The notes under the pieces were generated by a model. The model was not told the origin of the DNA and ran no database searches. It saw only the letters and a list, made by a program, of their open reading frames with translations. From Candidatus Woesearchaeota archaeon (GTDB lineage: Archaea > Nanobdellota > Nanobdellia > Woesearchaeales > GW2011-AR9), in NCBI GenBank assembly GCA_018302605.1, contig JAGVZN010000010.1, forward strand, positions 3,932 to 63,012: DNA of 59,081 nt, read 5' to 3'. A program made the position numbers and the translations under genes. Shown here piece by piece: positions 47,815 through 56,286 of this stretch (within the stretch, counting starts at the first letter, position 1; each line of letters opens with the position of its first letter).

Positions 47815-48411
47815 ATGAAATTCCTTGCTTGTACGGATATGCACGAAAATAGAGAAGCACTCAAAGCGTTAGTCAAGAGAGCTTCTGAATCGGATATCGA
47901 TTTTGTGGTTTGTATGGGAGATATCTCCTCGTTTGGAAATGGGCTGCGTACCGTTCTCAAAGCATTTAGCGATCTTGAGAAGACATTTTATGTTGTTCCG
48001 GGGAATCACGAGGAAGGGCGTGACTTTGAGGGAATCGTCAAAGATTTTCCGCATTGCATCAACCTCCATCTGAAAGCGGCATCGATCAAAGAGTATGTTT
48101 TTTTGGGCTACGGCGGCGGCGGGTTTACGATGAAAGACGCAAATTTTCGAAAGATTGCCCGCCAATGGTACGGAAAATTTAACGGGAAGAAAATTGTATT
48201 ACTGACACATCAGCCGCCATTTGGCACAAAGTTAGATAGGCTTGGCGACCGCCACGTGGGAAATGTTGATTTTCATGATTTCATCCTGCGGATCAAGCCG
48301 AAACTGGCGATTTCCGGACATCTTCATGAGACTGTCGGGGAGATGGACACGCTGGGGGAAACGAAACTGATCAATCCCGGCTGGGATGGGATGGTTATTG
48401 AATTGAATTAA
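47815..48411 (+). CDS. Calcineurin-like metallophosphoesterase
   Basis: TDMH, GDIS, PGNHE, THQPP, GHLHE, INPG. Confidence 0.92.
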   Translation: MKFLACTDMHENREALKALVKRASESDIDFVVCMGDISSFGNGLRTVLKAFSDLEKTFYVVPGNHEEGRDFEGIVKDFPHCINLHLKAASIKEYVFLGYGGGGFTMKDANFRKIARQWYGKFNGKKIVLLTHQPPFGTKLDRLGDRHVGNVDFHDFILRIKPKLAISGHLHETVGEMDTLGETKLINPGWDGMVIELN

Positions 48412-48462
48412 GGGATTTCTTGTTCAGTTATTTTTATATAGTTCGTGTTCTTCACCAGGGTT

Positions 48463-49503
48463 ATGGCTTTAACCACTCCATTTACTTCTCTTCCCGGCCT
48501 AATCTTGTCGGATCTTGCGGAAATCAAGAAGAAAGATGCGCTGTTTAAAGAAGTGAAGAGACGGTTAAAAAAAAATTATCCCGTCAAAAAAGTTGCCAAT
48601 CTCCAGAAGAAATATCTCAAAAAGCCAGAATCGTTTCAGGCAGAATTTGCTCGTCTTGTCGATGATTTTGTCAAAGATTATACCTTCTTCCGAGAAGCGT
48701 ATGGTTCTTTATTGAGAGCAATTATTGAGACGTTGAATGTGGCAGAGAAGAGTGAATACAATGAATTGTTATCGATAGAGGAGATCATTCTGAAGATTGA
48801 AGCACGAGCAAAAGAAAAAGGGGGGGAGTTCTATTTTCCGGAAGCGGGAAAGAAACAGTTTGCCAAAGCATTTCGCGGGGCGATGCGCGATCTGGCTGCT
48901 CAATTGAAAATGGAATATGATACTCTTTCGGGGTTAGCGCGGGGAAAACGGACTGCTGCCGGCTTCTTCTCTCGGTTTGTGAATGCTCGTTCAGCTGAAC
49001 GTAAAGGGATGCGTGCTGCGGGAAAATTACGCGGACAGATTGACCATACTCAGGTAGTGCTGAAGCATCTTGAATTGGAGCTGCAACAAGGAGTACAGCA
49101 GGATTTTCTTCTGCTGATGCTGCAATTTGTGGCCGAAGTAGCGAAGACAGATGAATTGTATCGGCAATTAAAGAAAGATCTGGAAATTCTGATCCAAGAC
49201 ATCCGTAATGAAGTAGAAGATGTCGTGCTGAAGATTGCCCCGTTCATCGCCCTGATTCAAAATGATCGGCGGGCTATGGAAAGAATTGCGGCAGCGCGGG
49301 CGGCATTTGTGAAAATGCAGGAACAAATCGTTGCCGCGCTGGAAAAAGAAAAATCGTGGCCGAAATATGATGAAGCAACTCTGCGGAGGATAATGCGGAG
49401 CGATCTTATCTTATTGGCAACATTACGGGGTATTTCTCAAAGAGCAGTACAAGGCATTGTTGCTGATGTCGTGCATCGGGAATTAGGGACTCAGCAGGTT
49501 TAG
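48463..49503 (+). CDS. Hypothetical long alpha-helical / coiled-coil protein
   Basis: 346-aa clean ORF; TATA at 48433-48440, 22 nt before the ATG; stop overlaps the A2 terminal repeat. Confidence 0.7.
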   Translation: MALTTPFTSLPGLILSDLAEIKKKDALFKEVKRRLKKNYPVKKVANLQKKYLKKPESFQAEFARLVDDFVKDYTFFREAYGSLLRAIIETLNVAEKSEYNELLSIEEIILKIEARAKEKGGEFYFPEAGKKQFAKAFRGAMRDLAAQLKMEYDTLSGLARGKRTAAGFFSRFVNARSAERKGMRAAGKLRGQIDHTQVVLKHLELELQQGVQQDFLLLMLQFVAEVAKTDELYRQLKKDLEILIQDIRNEVEDVVLKIAPFIALIQNDRRAMERIAAARAAFVKMQEQIVAALEKEKSWPKYDEATLRRIMRSDLILLATLRGISQRAVQGIVADVVHRELGTQQV

Positions 49504-49684
49504 AGAAGTTTGAATAATTCAATTATTTGTCTACAAACTTCATGAAAAATGAAAACTATCATTTTTCAGAACCAAAAACAAATCGTCGTTTGTTTTTGTG
49601 TTCTCAAGAGAATTTGAAACGGGCGTAATTTTGGCATGAAACCAGCGATTTATTCGCCAAAATTACTCTTTTTCAAACTTCTCT
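49502..49684. mobile_element. Hairpin mini-element, family A copy 2 (with about 60-bp double-hairpin insert)
   Basis: Same TIR as A1; extra TGAAAAATGA/TCATTTTTCA and CAAAAACAAA/TTTGTTTTTG hairpins. Confidence 0.78.
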
Positions 49685-49688
49685 TTAA

Positions 49689-50642
49689 TCATTCCTCTTT
49701 CTTCTTCTCAATCGCATCCATGAACACTTTGCTGATCTTGACGGCAACACCTTTGTCTTTGGTATTGATCTCAACACCAGACATCACCGCTTCACCGATG
49801 GCGACGAGCTCGTCTTTGAGGGTCATGATGGCAACGGTTTCCCCTTTGCGGAAATTCTCTAACTTACTAATGCCCGGAATGGCCAATGCCCGGCCGTGGG
49901 TAACGCTTTGAATTGTCGTATCCAAAATCCAGCATTTAGAAATAGGTTTCAACGCTTTTTCCATCGGCTGGATACAGTGGCGAAGAAAGGTGTCATTGTT
50001 TTCGCCGCGGTAAAAATGGATGGCATCATCAAGATCGTTGAGGGTGATCAGAGTATCTTTTTCACTGAATGGTCCGGCCTGTGTTCTTCTTAACTCAACC
50101 ATATGCGCGCCTATGTCGAGTGCTTGTCCGAGGTCATGGCAAAGCTTACGGATATATGTTCCCGCCTGGCATCTGACGCGAAAAAGAACTTCTCTGCCAT
50201 TGATTTCCAGAATCTCAAATTCGTAAATCTCTCTTTCTCGCAACTGACGCTTGATTGCGCTCTTGACTGGAGGCAGCTGCTTGATCTTGCCGATGAATTG
50301 CTTTGTGGTGTTTTGAAGTGTCTGTTCATCTATGTCTTTATGCAGATGCATGACGCAGACATATTCTTTTGGTGCAGTGAGCAGAAATTGGACGATCCGC
50401 GTGGCTTTGCCCAAGGCGACCGGTTGAACACCAGAAACCTGCGGATCAAGTGTCCCGGAATGGCCGGCTTTATCGATCTTTAGGATTTTCTTGACATAAT
50501 CAGACGTTTGGTGTGATGTTGGGCCTTTTGGTTTGTCGATGTTGACGATGCCATAATGGATCATCTCTTCCGTTGTTCTTTCTTCCGGAGCTTTGCCAAA
50601 TATTCCTACGGCTTCTTTCTTGATGAAGAGCTGAGTGTCCAT
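49689..50642 (-). CDS. cbf5: H/ACA RNA-guided pseudouridine synthase Cbf5 (TruB family)
   Basis: IDKPKGPTSHQ, GHSGTLDP, GTYIRKLCHD, ELRRT, PUA domain. Confidence 0.96.
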   Translation of the reverse strand: MDTQLFIKKEAVGIFGKAPEERTTEEMIHYGIVNIDKPKGPTSHQTSDYVKKILKIDKAGHSGTLDPQVSGVQPVALGKATRIVQFLLTAPKEYVCVMHLHKDIDEQTLQNTTKQFIGKIKQLPPVKSAIKRQLREREIYEFEILEINGREVLFRVRCQAGTYIRKLCHDLGQALDIGAHMVELRRTQAGPFSEKDTLITLNDLDDAIHFYRGENNDTFLRHCIQPMEKALKPISKCWILDTTIQSVTHGRALAIPGISKLENFRKGETVAIMTLKDELVAIGEAVMSGVEINTKDKGVAVKISKVFMDAIEKKKEE

Positions 50643-50711
50643 AATTATCTAGCGGGAGAAGTTGTTTTAAAAATGTTCGTATGAGAAAATCACTAACCAG
50701 TGAAATGACTT

Positions 50712-51095
50712 TTAATTTGTTACTGATGCTGTTTCTGCTTTCTGTTCGGGAGCTTCGGTTTCTTTTTTGGATGTTTTTACTCCCGCTTTCTTCTGCGGCG
50801 CTCTCTCTTTCTTTTCCACACCAAACAATTCGGCGCGGGCAATTCCTGTTTCGTCTTTTGTGACGGTCACTTTTACATGATGAGGCGGGTTCTTGATGCC
50901 GTGTTGCCATAATTTTTCGTTGACATCTTTTCCCAGACGGACTTCCGGGGTTTTCATGTGGCGCACCAGAAACTGCTTGAGGGCGATAACTGCTTTGTTC
51001 GTGCGTTTCCAGTTTGGAACTTTTTGGTATTCTTTACGCAAGGGAACATTATACGTCCTTTCCACTGTTTTTTCCGATTCTTTTTTTGCGGCCAT
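50712..51095 (-). CDS. rpl31e: 50S ribosomal protein L31e
   Basis: ERTYNVPLR, KRTNKA, RHMK, W.HGIKNPP. Confidence 0.94.
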   Translation of the reverse strand: MAAKKESEKTVERTYNVPLRKEYQKVPNWKRTNKAVIALKQFLVRHMKTPEVRLGKDVNEKLWQHGIKNPPHHVKVTVTKDETGIARAELFGVEKKERAPQKKAGVKTSKKETEAPEQKAETASVTN

Positions 51096-51191
51096 GGTGG
51101 TTTGGTTGATCTGGTGAGATTATGCTCCCGGTCATATATTATGTTTTGATGATGTTATTGATTATCAGTTCATTCATGATCATTTCATTCA

Positions 51192-51365
51192 TTACGCTTT
51201 GGTTTTGGTTCTGCGCCAGCTGCGCTTCACTTCCGTATGGCGCGAGGGATGGACGCGCCGTCCTTTTCCGTAGACTTTGAAAACAGTCCAAAAAGGAGCC
51301 CATTTTGTCTGCTTGCTCAGCCTGATCAGACGTCTTTTGCGAGCGGGATGTTTGTTTGTGGCCAT
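51192..51365 (-). CDS. rpl39e: 50S ribosomal protein L39e (57 aa, absent from the ORF track)
   Basis: MATNKHPARKRRLIRLSKQTKWAPFW..RSWRRTK; between S19e and L31e. Confidence 0.88.
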   Translation of the reverse strand: MATNKHPARKRRLIRLSKQTKWAPFWTVFKVYGKGRRVHPSRHTEVKRSWRRTKTKA

Positions 51366-51383
51366 TGTTGAGAGATTAATCTT

Positions 51384-51818
51384 TTATTTGCTTTCTTTGA
51401 AGAGCTGCATGGCGATCTTATCGAGGAAGGATGTCCCTTTGGGGGTGAGGATCCGCCCTTTATGTACTCCTTTTTCTGTCTGTCGCAGCAAACCGGATTT
51501 TTCCAACTGCTGGAGAATGGAACGGACGATGGATCCGGAGGCGGGATAGAAATGTTCCGGCTTATGGCCGCGATTCTTGCGTCCGCCGTATTTGGTGCGA
51601 AGTTTTTGCGTACCGATGGGGCCTAATTTAGCAACGACGCGAAGAATGGATGCTGAACGGAAGTACCACCAATCTTCCTGGTCTGGGGTCCGTTCTTTGT
51701 GATGACCGGTCTTGACGAAAGCAGACCATGGTTCTGGCTGGACTAATTTGTTCGCTTTGAGCTCTTCTGCTGCCCGCTGGACCAGTTTTTCCGGATTTAC
51801 AATCAGTATATGTGACAT
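51384..51818 (-). CDS. rps19e: 30S ribosomal protein S19e
   Basis: [39 protein letters not shown]. Confidence 0.96.
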   Translation of the reverse strand: MSHILIVNPEKLVQRAAEELKANKLVQPEPWSAFVKTGHHKERTPDQEDWWYFRSASILRVVAKLGPIGTQKLRTKYGGRKNRGHKPEHFYPASGSIVRSILQQLEKSGLLRQTEKGVHKGRILTPKGTSFLDKIAMQLFKESK

Positions 51819-52071
51819 TGGCTCATCAGGATTGGTGGTGATTTATAAAGGTTTCGTGATGCGAATCAGTTTTGGGATTATATGACTTAGTTTGGGGATT
51901 ATATAGTTGATTCGCGAGATAATTCGGAGGTGTATAGTCGTCCAACTTCGTTTGACAAGAAAATTCCCTCACACGCTGATGAGTGAAACTAAATACCTAC
52001 TCGATTAAAGCACAATTCAAAAAGTAAGTGATATAGTAAACTGCGCAATTATCTGTAATATCAACCAACGA

Positions 52072-52215
52072 GAGAGTGCTGCCGGCCGTTCGGTCTGGCG
52101 AAAACCAGAAGGGGAACGCTGCTTCTCGAAGAGTCGTGATCAACGGATAGTTTTCGCTCCAACATCTTTAGTGGAAAGCACTTCAGACCGAACATCTTGG
52201 CCAAGCAGCACTCTC
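52072..52215. repeat. Nested hairpin element (family F) carrying the ATCTT-bulge motif
   Basis: GAGAGTGCTGC/GCAGCACTCTC, GGCC/GGCC, GTTCGGTCTG/CAGACCGAAC and GCGAAAAC/GTTTTCGC stems. Confidence 0.78.
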
Positions 52216-52292
52216 CGGCGCTATCACTCCCAAAAAGGATTGTGCCTCCATTCAGAACATTTTAAATATCTTCTTTGTTTCTTCCAATACTG

Positions 52293-52982
52293 GTGGTCGT
52301 TTTGTTAAGAAAGAAGGTGCTCCTCGTACTCCTGATTATTTTAACTATTTCTCTCGTCGCAGCACAAAATGAATCAATCTCTCCCGCGACGGGAAAAGCC
52401 AGTTCGGCGGGAGAGGCAAATGATGGTTTTAAGAAATTTCTGGATGATCCTGCTAAGATCAAAGGCGTGACGATTACAGATAAAGGCGGCGGCGGTGCAG
52501 CGCCGCTGGAGAAGCCTTTGTTTGTTTCTTCGTCTGGAAAGACGCCAGCGGACGGCGAGAATAAATTTATTCAGTTTATCTTTTGGCTAGGCAGTTTATC
52601 TTTTCTCTTCGGCGGGCAGGCGGAAAACCAGCTCTGCGGTTTCTTGAGAATTCTCCTGGCGTTTCTCGTCTTTACGATCCTCTATTTTCTGGCGTCGATG
52701 ATCCCTGGATTAACGCGTGGAGTAGCGATTACGATCAGCATCATTTTGGCGATACTCGTTGCCGTTTTCACGCCTTGTGTCGTGTTGTTGGCTTGGGGGA
52801 CATCGTATGCGACGATTTTTGCTTTCGTCGTTATCTTCGGTCCGGTGCTGGCAGGGTTGGCGTTGTTATTATTTACACCGACTCCCAATCGCAGGACGGC
52901 ATTTTTGAAATTAGTGAGCGTGCTGGCGTTGATGTGGCTGGTCTATTCGATCAGTTTCTGGGCAAAACAATTGGGCGGGTGA
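52293..52982 (+). CDS. Signal peptide plus 4-TM membrane protein, paralog 1
   Basis: Highly similar to 53232-53786 (SMIPGLTRGV, AWG.SYAT, FTPTP); start uncertain (GTG at 52293 fits the TATA spacing). Confidence 0.7.
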   Translation: MVVLLRKKVLLVLLIILTISLVAAQNESISPATGKASSAGEANDGFKKFLDDPAKIKGVTITDKGGGGAAPLEKPLFVSSSGKTPADGENKFIQFIFWLGSLSFLFGGQAENQLCGFLRILLAFLVFTILYFLASMIPGLTRGVAITISIILAILVAVFTPCVVLLAWGTSYATIFAFVVIFGPVLAGLALLLFTPTPNRRTAFLKLVSVLALMWLVYSISFWAKQLGG

Positions 52983-52997
52983 GTCTGCTCCGAATGA

Positions 52998-53171
52998 GGC
53001 TTTGTGTAAAAAGTGCTGCTCCGCAGGTTGTGCCGTGCCCAGCGCCGCTGTTCGGATTGTTGTTTGGACAAAGATTCGCTATGTTTACGTTCAACAGCGG
53101 ACAGTAACTTTGTCTTACGAATCGTAGTTCGCTGTGCACCTCTTGGCACAACATACTTTTTACACAAAGCC
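52998..53171. mobile_element. Hairpin mini-element, family C
   Basis: Perfect 17-bp TIR GGCTTTGTGTAAAAAGT; perfect 9-bp TSD TCCGAATGA; ends and TSD length resemble IS903 (IS5 family). Confidence 0.9.
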
Positions 53172-53231
53172 TCCGAATGAGAAAAGTTTAAATAGGATAA
53201 CATTTTAATATCCTCCAGACAGAGGTGTTGT

Positions 53232-53786
53232 ATGATCATCAAGAAAACTTATACACTGGTTTTAATCGTACTCTTATTGCTTCCTAGTTTTGCATTAGCT
53301 GCAAACCATGGGTCTTCGGCACCGTCGGGTGACTCTTCGTTTGATATTGGTGAATTTGTTTCCAAGATCATCGGCGTCGGCCAGCTTACGTTTCTGGGCA
53401 GTTCAGACAATCAATTTGTCGGATTTATCCGGATATTGATGGCCATTTTACTGTTTACCCTTCTCTATTTTCTGCTCTCGATGATCCCCGGCTTGACACG
53501 GGGCGTGGGCATCGCCATCGGAATCTTGTTAGCCATCCTGGTCAGTGTGTTCCTCCCTCAAGATGTTTTAATCGCTTGGGGGAATTCCTATGCAACCCTG
53601 TTTTCGTTCGTGATCATCTTTGGGCCGATTATCGGTCTTGGTGCTTTTTTGATCTTTACGCCAACACCCGGTCGGGGTGTTGCGTTCATCAAACTAGTTT
53701 CAGTCTTGGCGCTGTGGTGGCTGGTAGCGCATATTTCAACATGGGCGCATGAGCTTGGAAGCTATGTTGCGCCGGTGGTAGTCTAA
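53232..53786 (+). CDS. Signal peptide plus 4-TM membrane protein, paralog 2
   Basis: G.L.FLG, RIL, FLP.DVL.A.G, GPI motifs shared by three copies. Confidence 0.75.
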   Translation: MIIKKTYTLVLIVLLLLPSFALAANHGSSAPSGDSSFDIGEFVSKIIGVGQLTFLGSSDNQFVGFIRILMAILLFTLLYFLLSMIPGLTRGVGIAIGILLAILVSVFLPQDVLIAWGNSYATLFSFVIIFGPIIGLGAFLIFTPTPGRGVAFIKLVSVLALWWLVAHISTWAHELGSYVAPVVV

Positions 53787-53787
53787 A

Positions 53788-54426
53788 ATGGTAGGCTTAA
53801 CTGATTTCGCGGGATGGATAGATGCGATTGAATCATATGCTCATGTTATTTTTATTGTCCTAGTTATCTATTATACGTGGCTGGTGATTAAAGGTGGAGA
53901 TAAGGACGGCAAATCTGCGGATAAAGCATGGGGAGCTGGTCCTGCTGCGGGGAAAGGAGTATGGAACTGGACTAAAAAAGTTGGAAGAAAAGCGAAGCGT
54001 GGGATGGGTTTAGAAGAGAAGCTGGTACTTGCCGAATATGCAGATCTGGAAGCATTAAAGAAAGCACTGAATAGTTCGAAAGTGACTGATGATGCTTCAT
54101 TAAAGAAAGCGGTCGGAGCAGGAAGAAGAAAAGCCAAGCGCCATGAAGCTAGAGCCTACCGTCGTCTGAATCAGCTGCAGAAGACAGTTGAAGATATGGA
54201 GTTAGATCCAAAAAGAAATAAAGCAGCTAAAGCTTTATTTACTCGGATGACTGTCTTCACTAAAGAGATTGTGGAAGCACTCAGGAATTTTGATAACACT
54301 TTAGAGGGGACTAAAACGGTTCCAAATAAAAAAACCGGGATGAATGCGGAATTGGATAAAGCGATTACTGCTGATCGTGGTTTCGTCGCTGAATTAGAAA
54401 AGTTAAAGAAAGTCATTTATGGATAA
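53788..54426 (+). CDS. Single-TM basic coiled-coil protein, partner 1
   Basis: Starts 1 nt after paralog 2; TM ending in YY, then amphipathic helices. Confidence 0.7.
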   Translation: MVGLTDFAGWIDAIESYAHVIFIVLVIYYTWLVIKGGDKDGKSADKAWGAGPAAGKGVWNWTKKVGRKAKRGMGLEEKLVLAEYADLEALKKALNSSKVTDDASLKKAVGAGRRKAKRHEARAYRRLNQLQKTVEDMELDPKRNKAAKALFTRMTVFTKEIVEALRNFDNTLEGTKTVPNKKTGMNAELDKAITADRGFVAELEKLKKVIYG

Positions 54427-54902
54427 TTTTTTCTGTTCTTTTTTCAACTAATTTTTTTTCTTGTAGGGTGAGACGCTTTCGGCAAATTTCTGATGACTTG
54501 TATTCACAATAATTAGATCTATTTCTGTTTTTTTGGGGATCAAACCCACTACCCACTGGTCAAGTGTGCGGATGAAGTTTATATACTTCTTTCTTTCTTA
54601 AGACTTTCATGAAAATGACCCCCACTGAATTATCTGTATTTGAAGGTCAACATATTCGTAAAGTCTGGTATAACAATGAATGGTTCTTTTCCGTTATTGA
54701 TATTGTTGGTATTCTTTCAGAAAGTAAAGATCCGAGAAATTACTGGAAAGTTCTCAAATTTCGTCTTATTGAAGAATCTGGTAATGAAACGGTTACAAAT
54801 TGTAACCAGTTGAAACTCTCTGCTGAAGATGGTGCTGAAGATGGAAAATTAAGAGAGACAGATTGTGTTAATACTGAAGGAGCATTTAGGCTTATCCAAT
54901 CT

Positions 54903-54994
54903 ATAGTAATTGTGAAATATTTTCGAACTTTTTGTCACAATTACTAATAGCAAATGTGTGATTCAAATATTTGAATACTTAACACATTTGCTAT
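54903..54994. mobile_element. 92-bp double-hairpin insert in the Bro-N gene
   Basis: TAGTAATTGTGA/TCACAATTACTA and ATAGCAAATGTG/CACATTTGCTAT; precise removal restores the frame. Confidence 0.85.
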
Positions 54995-55468
54995 ATTCCT
55001 TCTCCTAAAGCTGAACCGTTTAAGCTTTGGCTGGCAAGAGTTGGTTACGAGAGAGTTCAAGAGATTGAGAATCCAGAATTAGCCCAGAAACGGATGAGAG
55101 AACTGTACAAAGAAAAAGGCTATTCGGAAAGCTGGATTGAAAGGAGAATAAGGGGGGTCGTCATCCGAGATGAATTAACAGATGAATGGAAGAAGAGAGA
55201 TGTAGGTGCAGAAAAAGAGTATGCACTCCTTACTGCCGAGATATCAAAAGCAACTTTCAGCATAACTCCTCGCGAATATAAAGAATTCAAAGGCTTAAAG
55301 AAAGAAAATCTCGGAGATCATATGGATGATCTTGAACTCATCTTTACCATGCTTGGAGAAAAGGTTACGACTGAGATCACCAAAAAAGAAGATGCTCGGG
55401 GGATTGTCGAAAACAAAGATGCTGCTCAAAGGGGGGGGAAAGTAGCCGGAAAAGCGAGAGTTGAAACG

Positions 55469-55620
55469 CGGAGTATTCCACCACTCTTTCGAGTGGTGGT
55501 TTGCAAGCAAACCACTTATTTATCAGTGGAATACTTGCGTGCTCAAAATTAGGCAGGGGTGAGCGAAGCGAACATGCCACCGGTCTATTTGACCGGTGGT
55601 ACCCTGCCTATTTTGACACG
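55469..55620. mobile_element. 152-bp double-hairpin insert (family E) in the Bro-N gene
   Basis: AGTATTCCAC/GTGGAATACT, TAGGCAGGG/CCCTGCCTA and CCACCGGTC/GACCGGTGG stems; direct repeat TTGAAACG/TTGACACG at the junctions. Confidence 0.85.
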
Positions 55621-55754
55621 GAGAAAGAATTAGGTCAATCAATCATTTCTTCTGAAAATTATTTACATTTGGCAGAAAGAAAGAAGAGAAAATTGTTTTC
55701 TGACAAAAAATAGCCAGCAAAAACCTTATATACCTCTAAATTATTCTTCTATCT

Positions 55755-56285
55755 ATGAAAAAGATGTGGTTTGTCTCAGTACTGCTGGCCATCCCCTTTG
55801 CCACCGCGTTAGATGTTGTTGGCACGTTGGGTAATGTCTGGGACCGCATTTTAGGAATCGGCAGTCTCAATTTTCTGGGTGTGTCCGCCGGCGTGGGTGT
55901 TACTGCCCTGACGCGCATCCTGATCTGGATTCTGATGTTTACGATCTTTTTTGCAGTGATGACCGGCCTGAAAGGGGCGACCGGAAGTACTGGTTCGATC
56001 TTTGGTCTGTTTAGCCGAACGCAAGCAGGTATTGTCGCTGCGGTGATCGCGACGATTGCCGCGATTTTCCTGCCACCGGATGTGTTATTGGCCACAGGCA
56101 CAGGCTGGGCAACAGCAGTAGCGTTATTGCTCATTGGCGGGCCAATCGTCGGCTTGGCATATTTATTGTATACCCTTCCCGGAAGAGGGCAGGATACGAA
56201 AACGACGGTATTTGTTAAGTTGATCTTATGCTTTTTTTTATATTGGATCTTATCGGCAATGAGAGGTTATGTAACACAATTTTAA
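55755..56285 (+). CDS. Signal peptide plus 4-TM membrane protein, paralog 3
   Basis: GSLNFLG, TRILIWILMFT, IFLPPDVLLATG, GGPIV, FVKL motifs. Confidence 0.75.
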   Translation: MKKMWFVSVLLAIPFATALDVVGTLGNVWDRILGIGSLNFLGVSAGVGVTALTRILIWILMFTIFFAVMTGLKGATGSTGSIFGLFSRTQAGIVAAVIATIAAIFLPPDVLLATGTGWATAVALLLIGGPIVGLAYLLYTLPGRGQDTKTTVFVKLILCFFLYWILSAMRGYVTQF

Positions 56286-56286
56286 C

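Larger units (their letters stand above)
54609..55713 (+). pseudogene. Bro-N (phage antirepressor-like) domain gene split by two hairpin insertions
   Basis: Segments 54609-54902, 54995-55468 and 55621-55713 join into an open 286-aa protein: IRKVW..EWFFSVID..RLIQS|IPSPKAEPFKLWLA..ARVET|EKELG. Confidence 0.9.

Noticed and set aside
49689-50642. Possible bulge-helix-bulge intron in cbf5, or an intein in rfcS
   Set aside because: Both reading frames are continuous and of normal length.
51976-51989. CTGATGAG-T-GAAAC resembles a hammerhead ribozyme core
   Set aside because: There is no room for stem II between CUGAUGA and GAAA, and I could not build convincing stems I and III.
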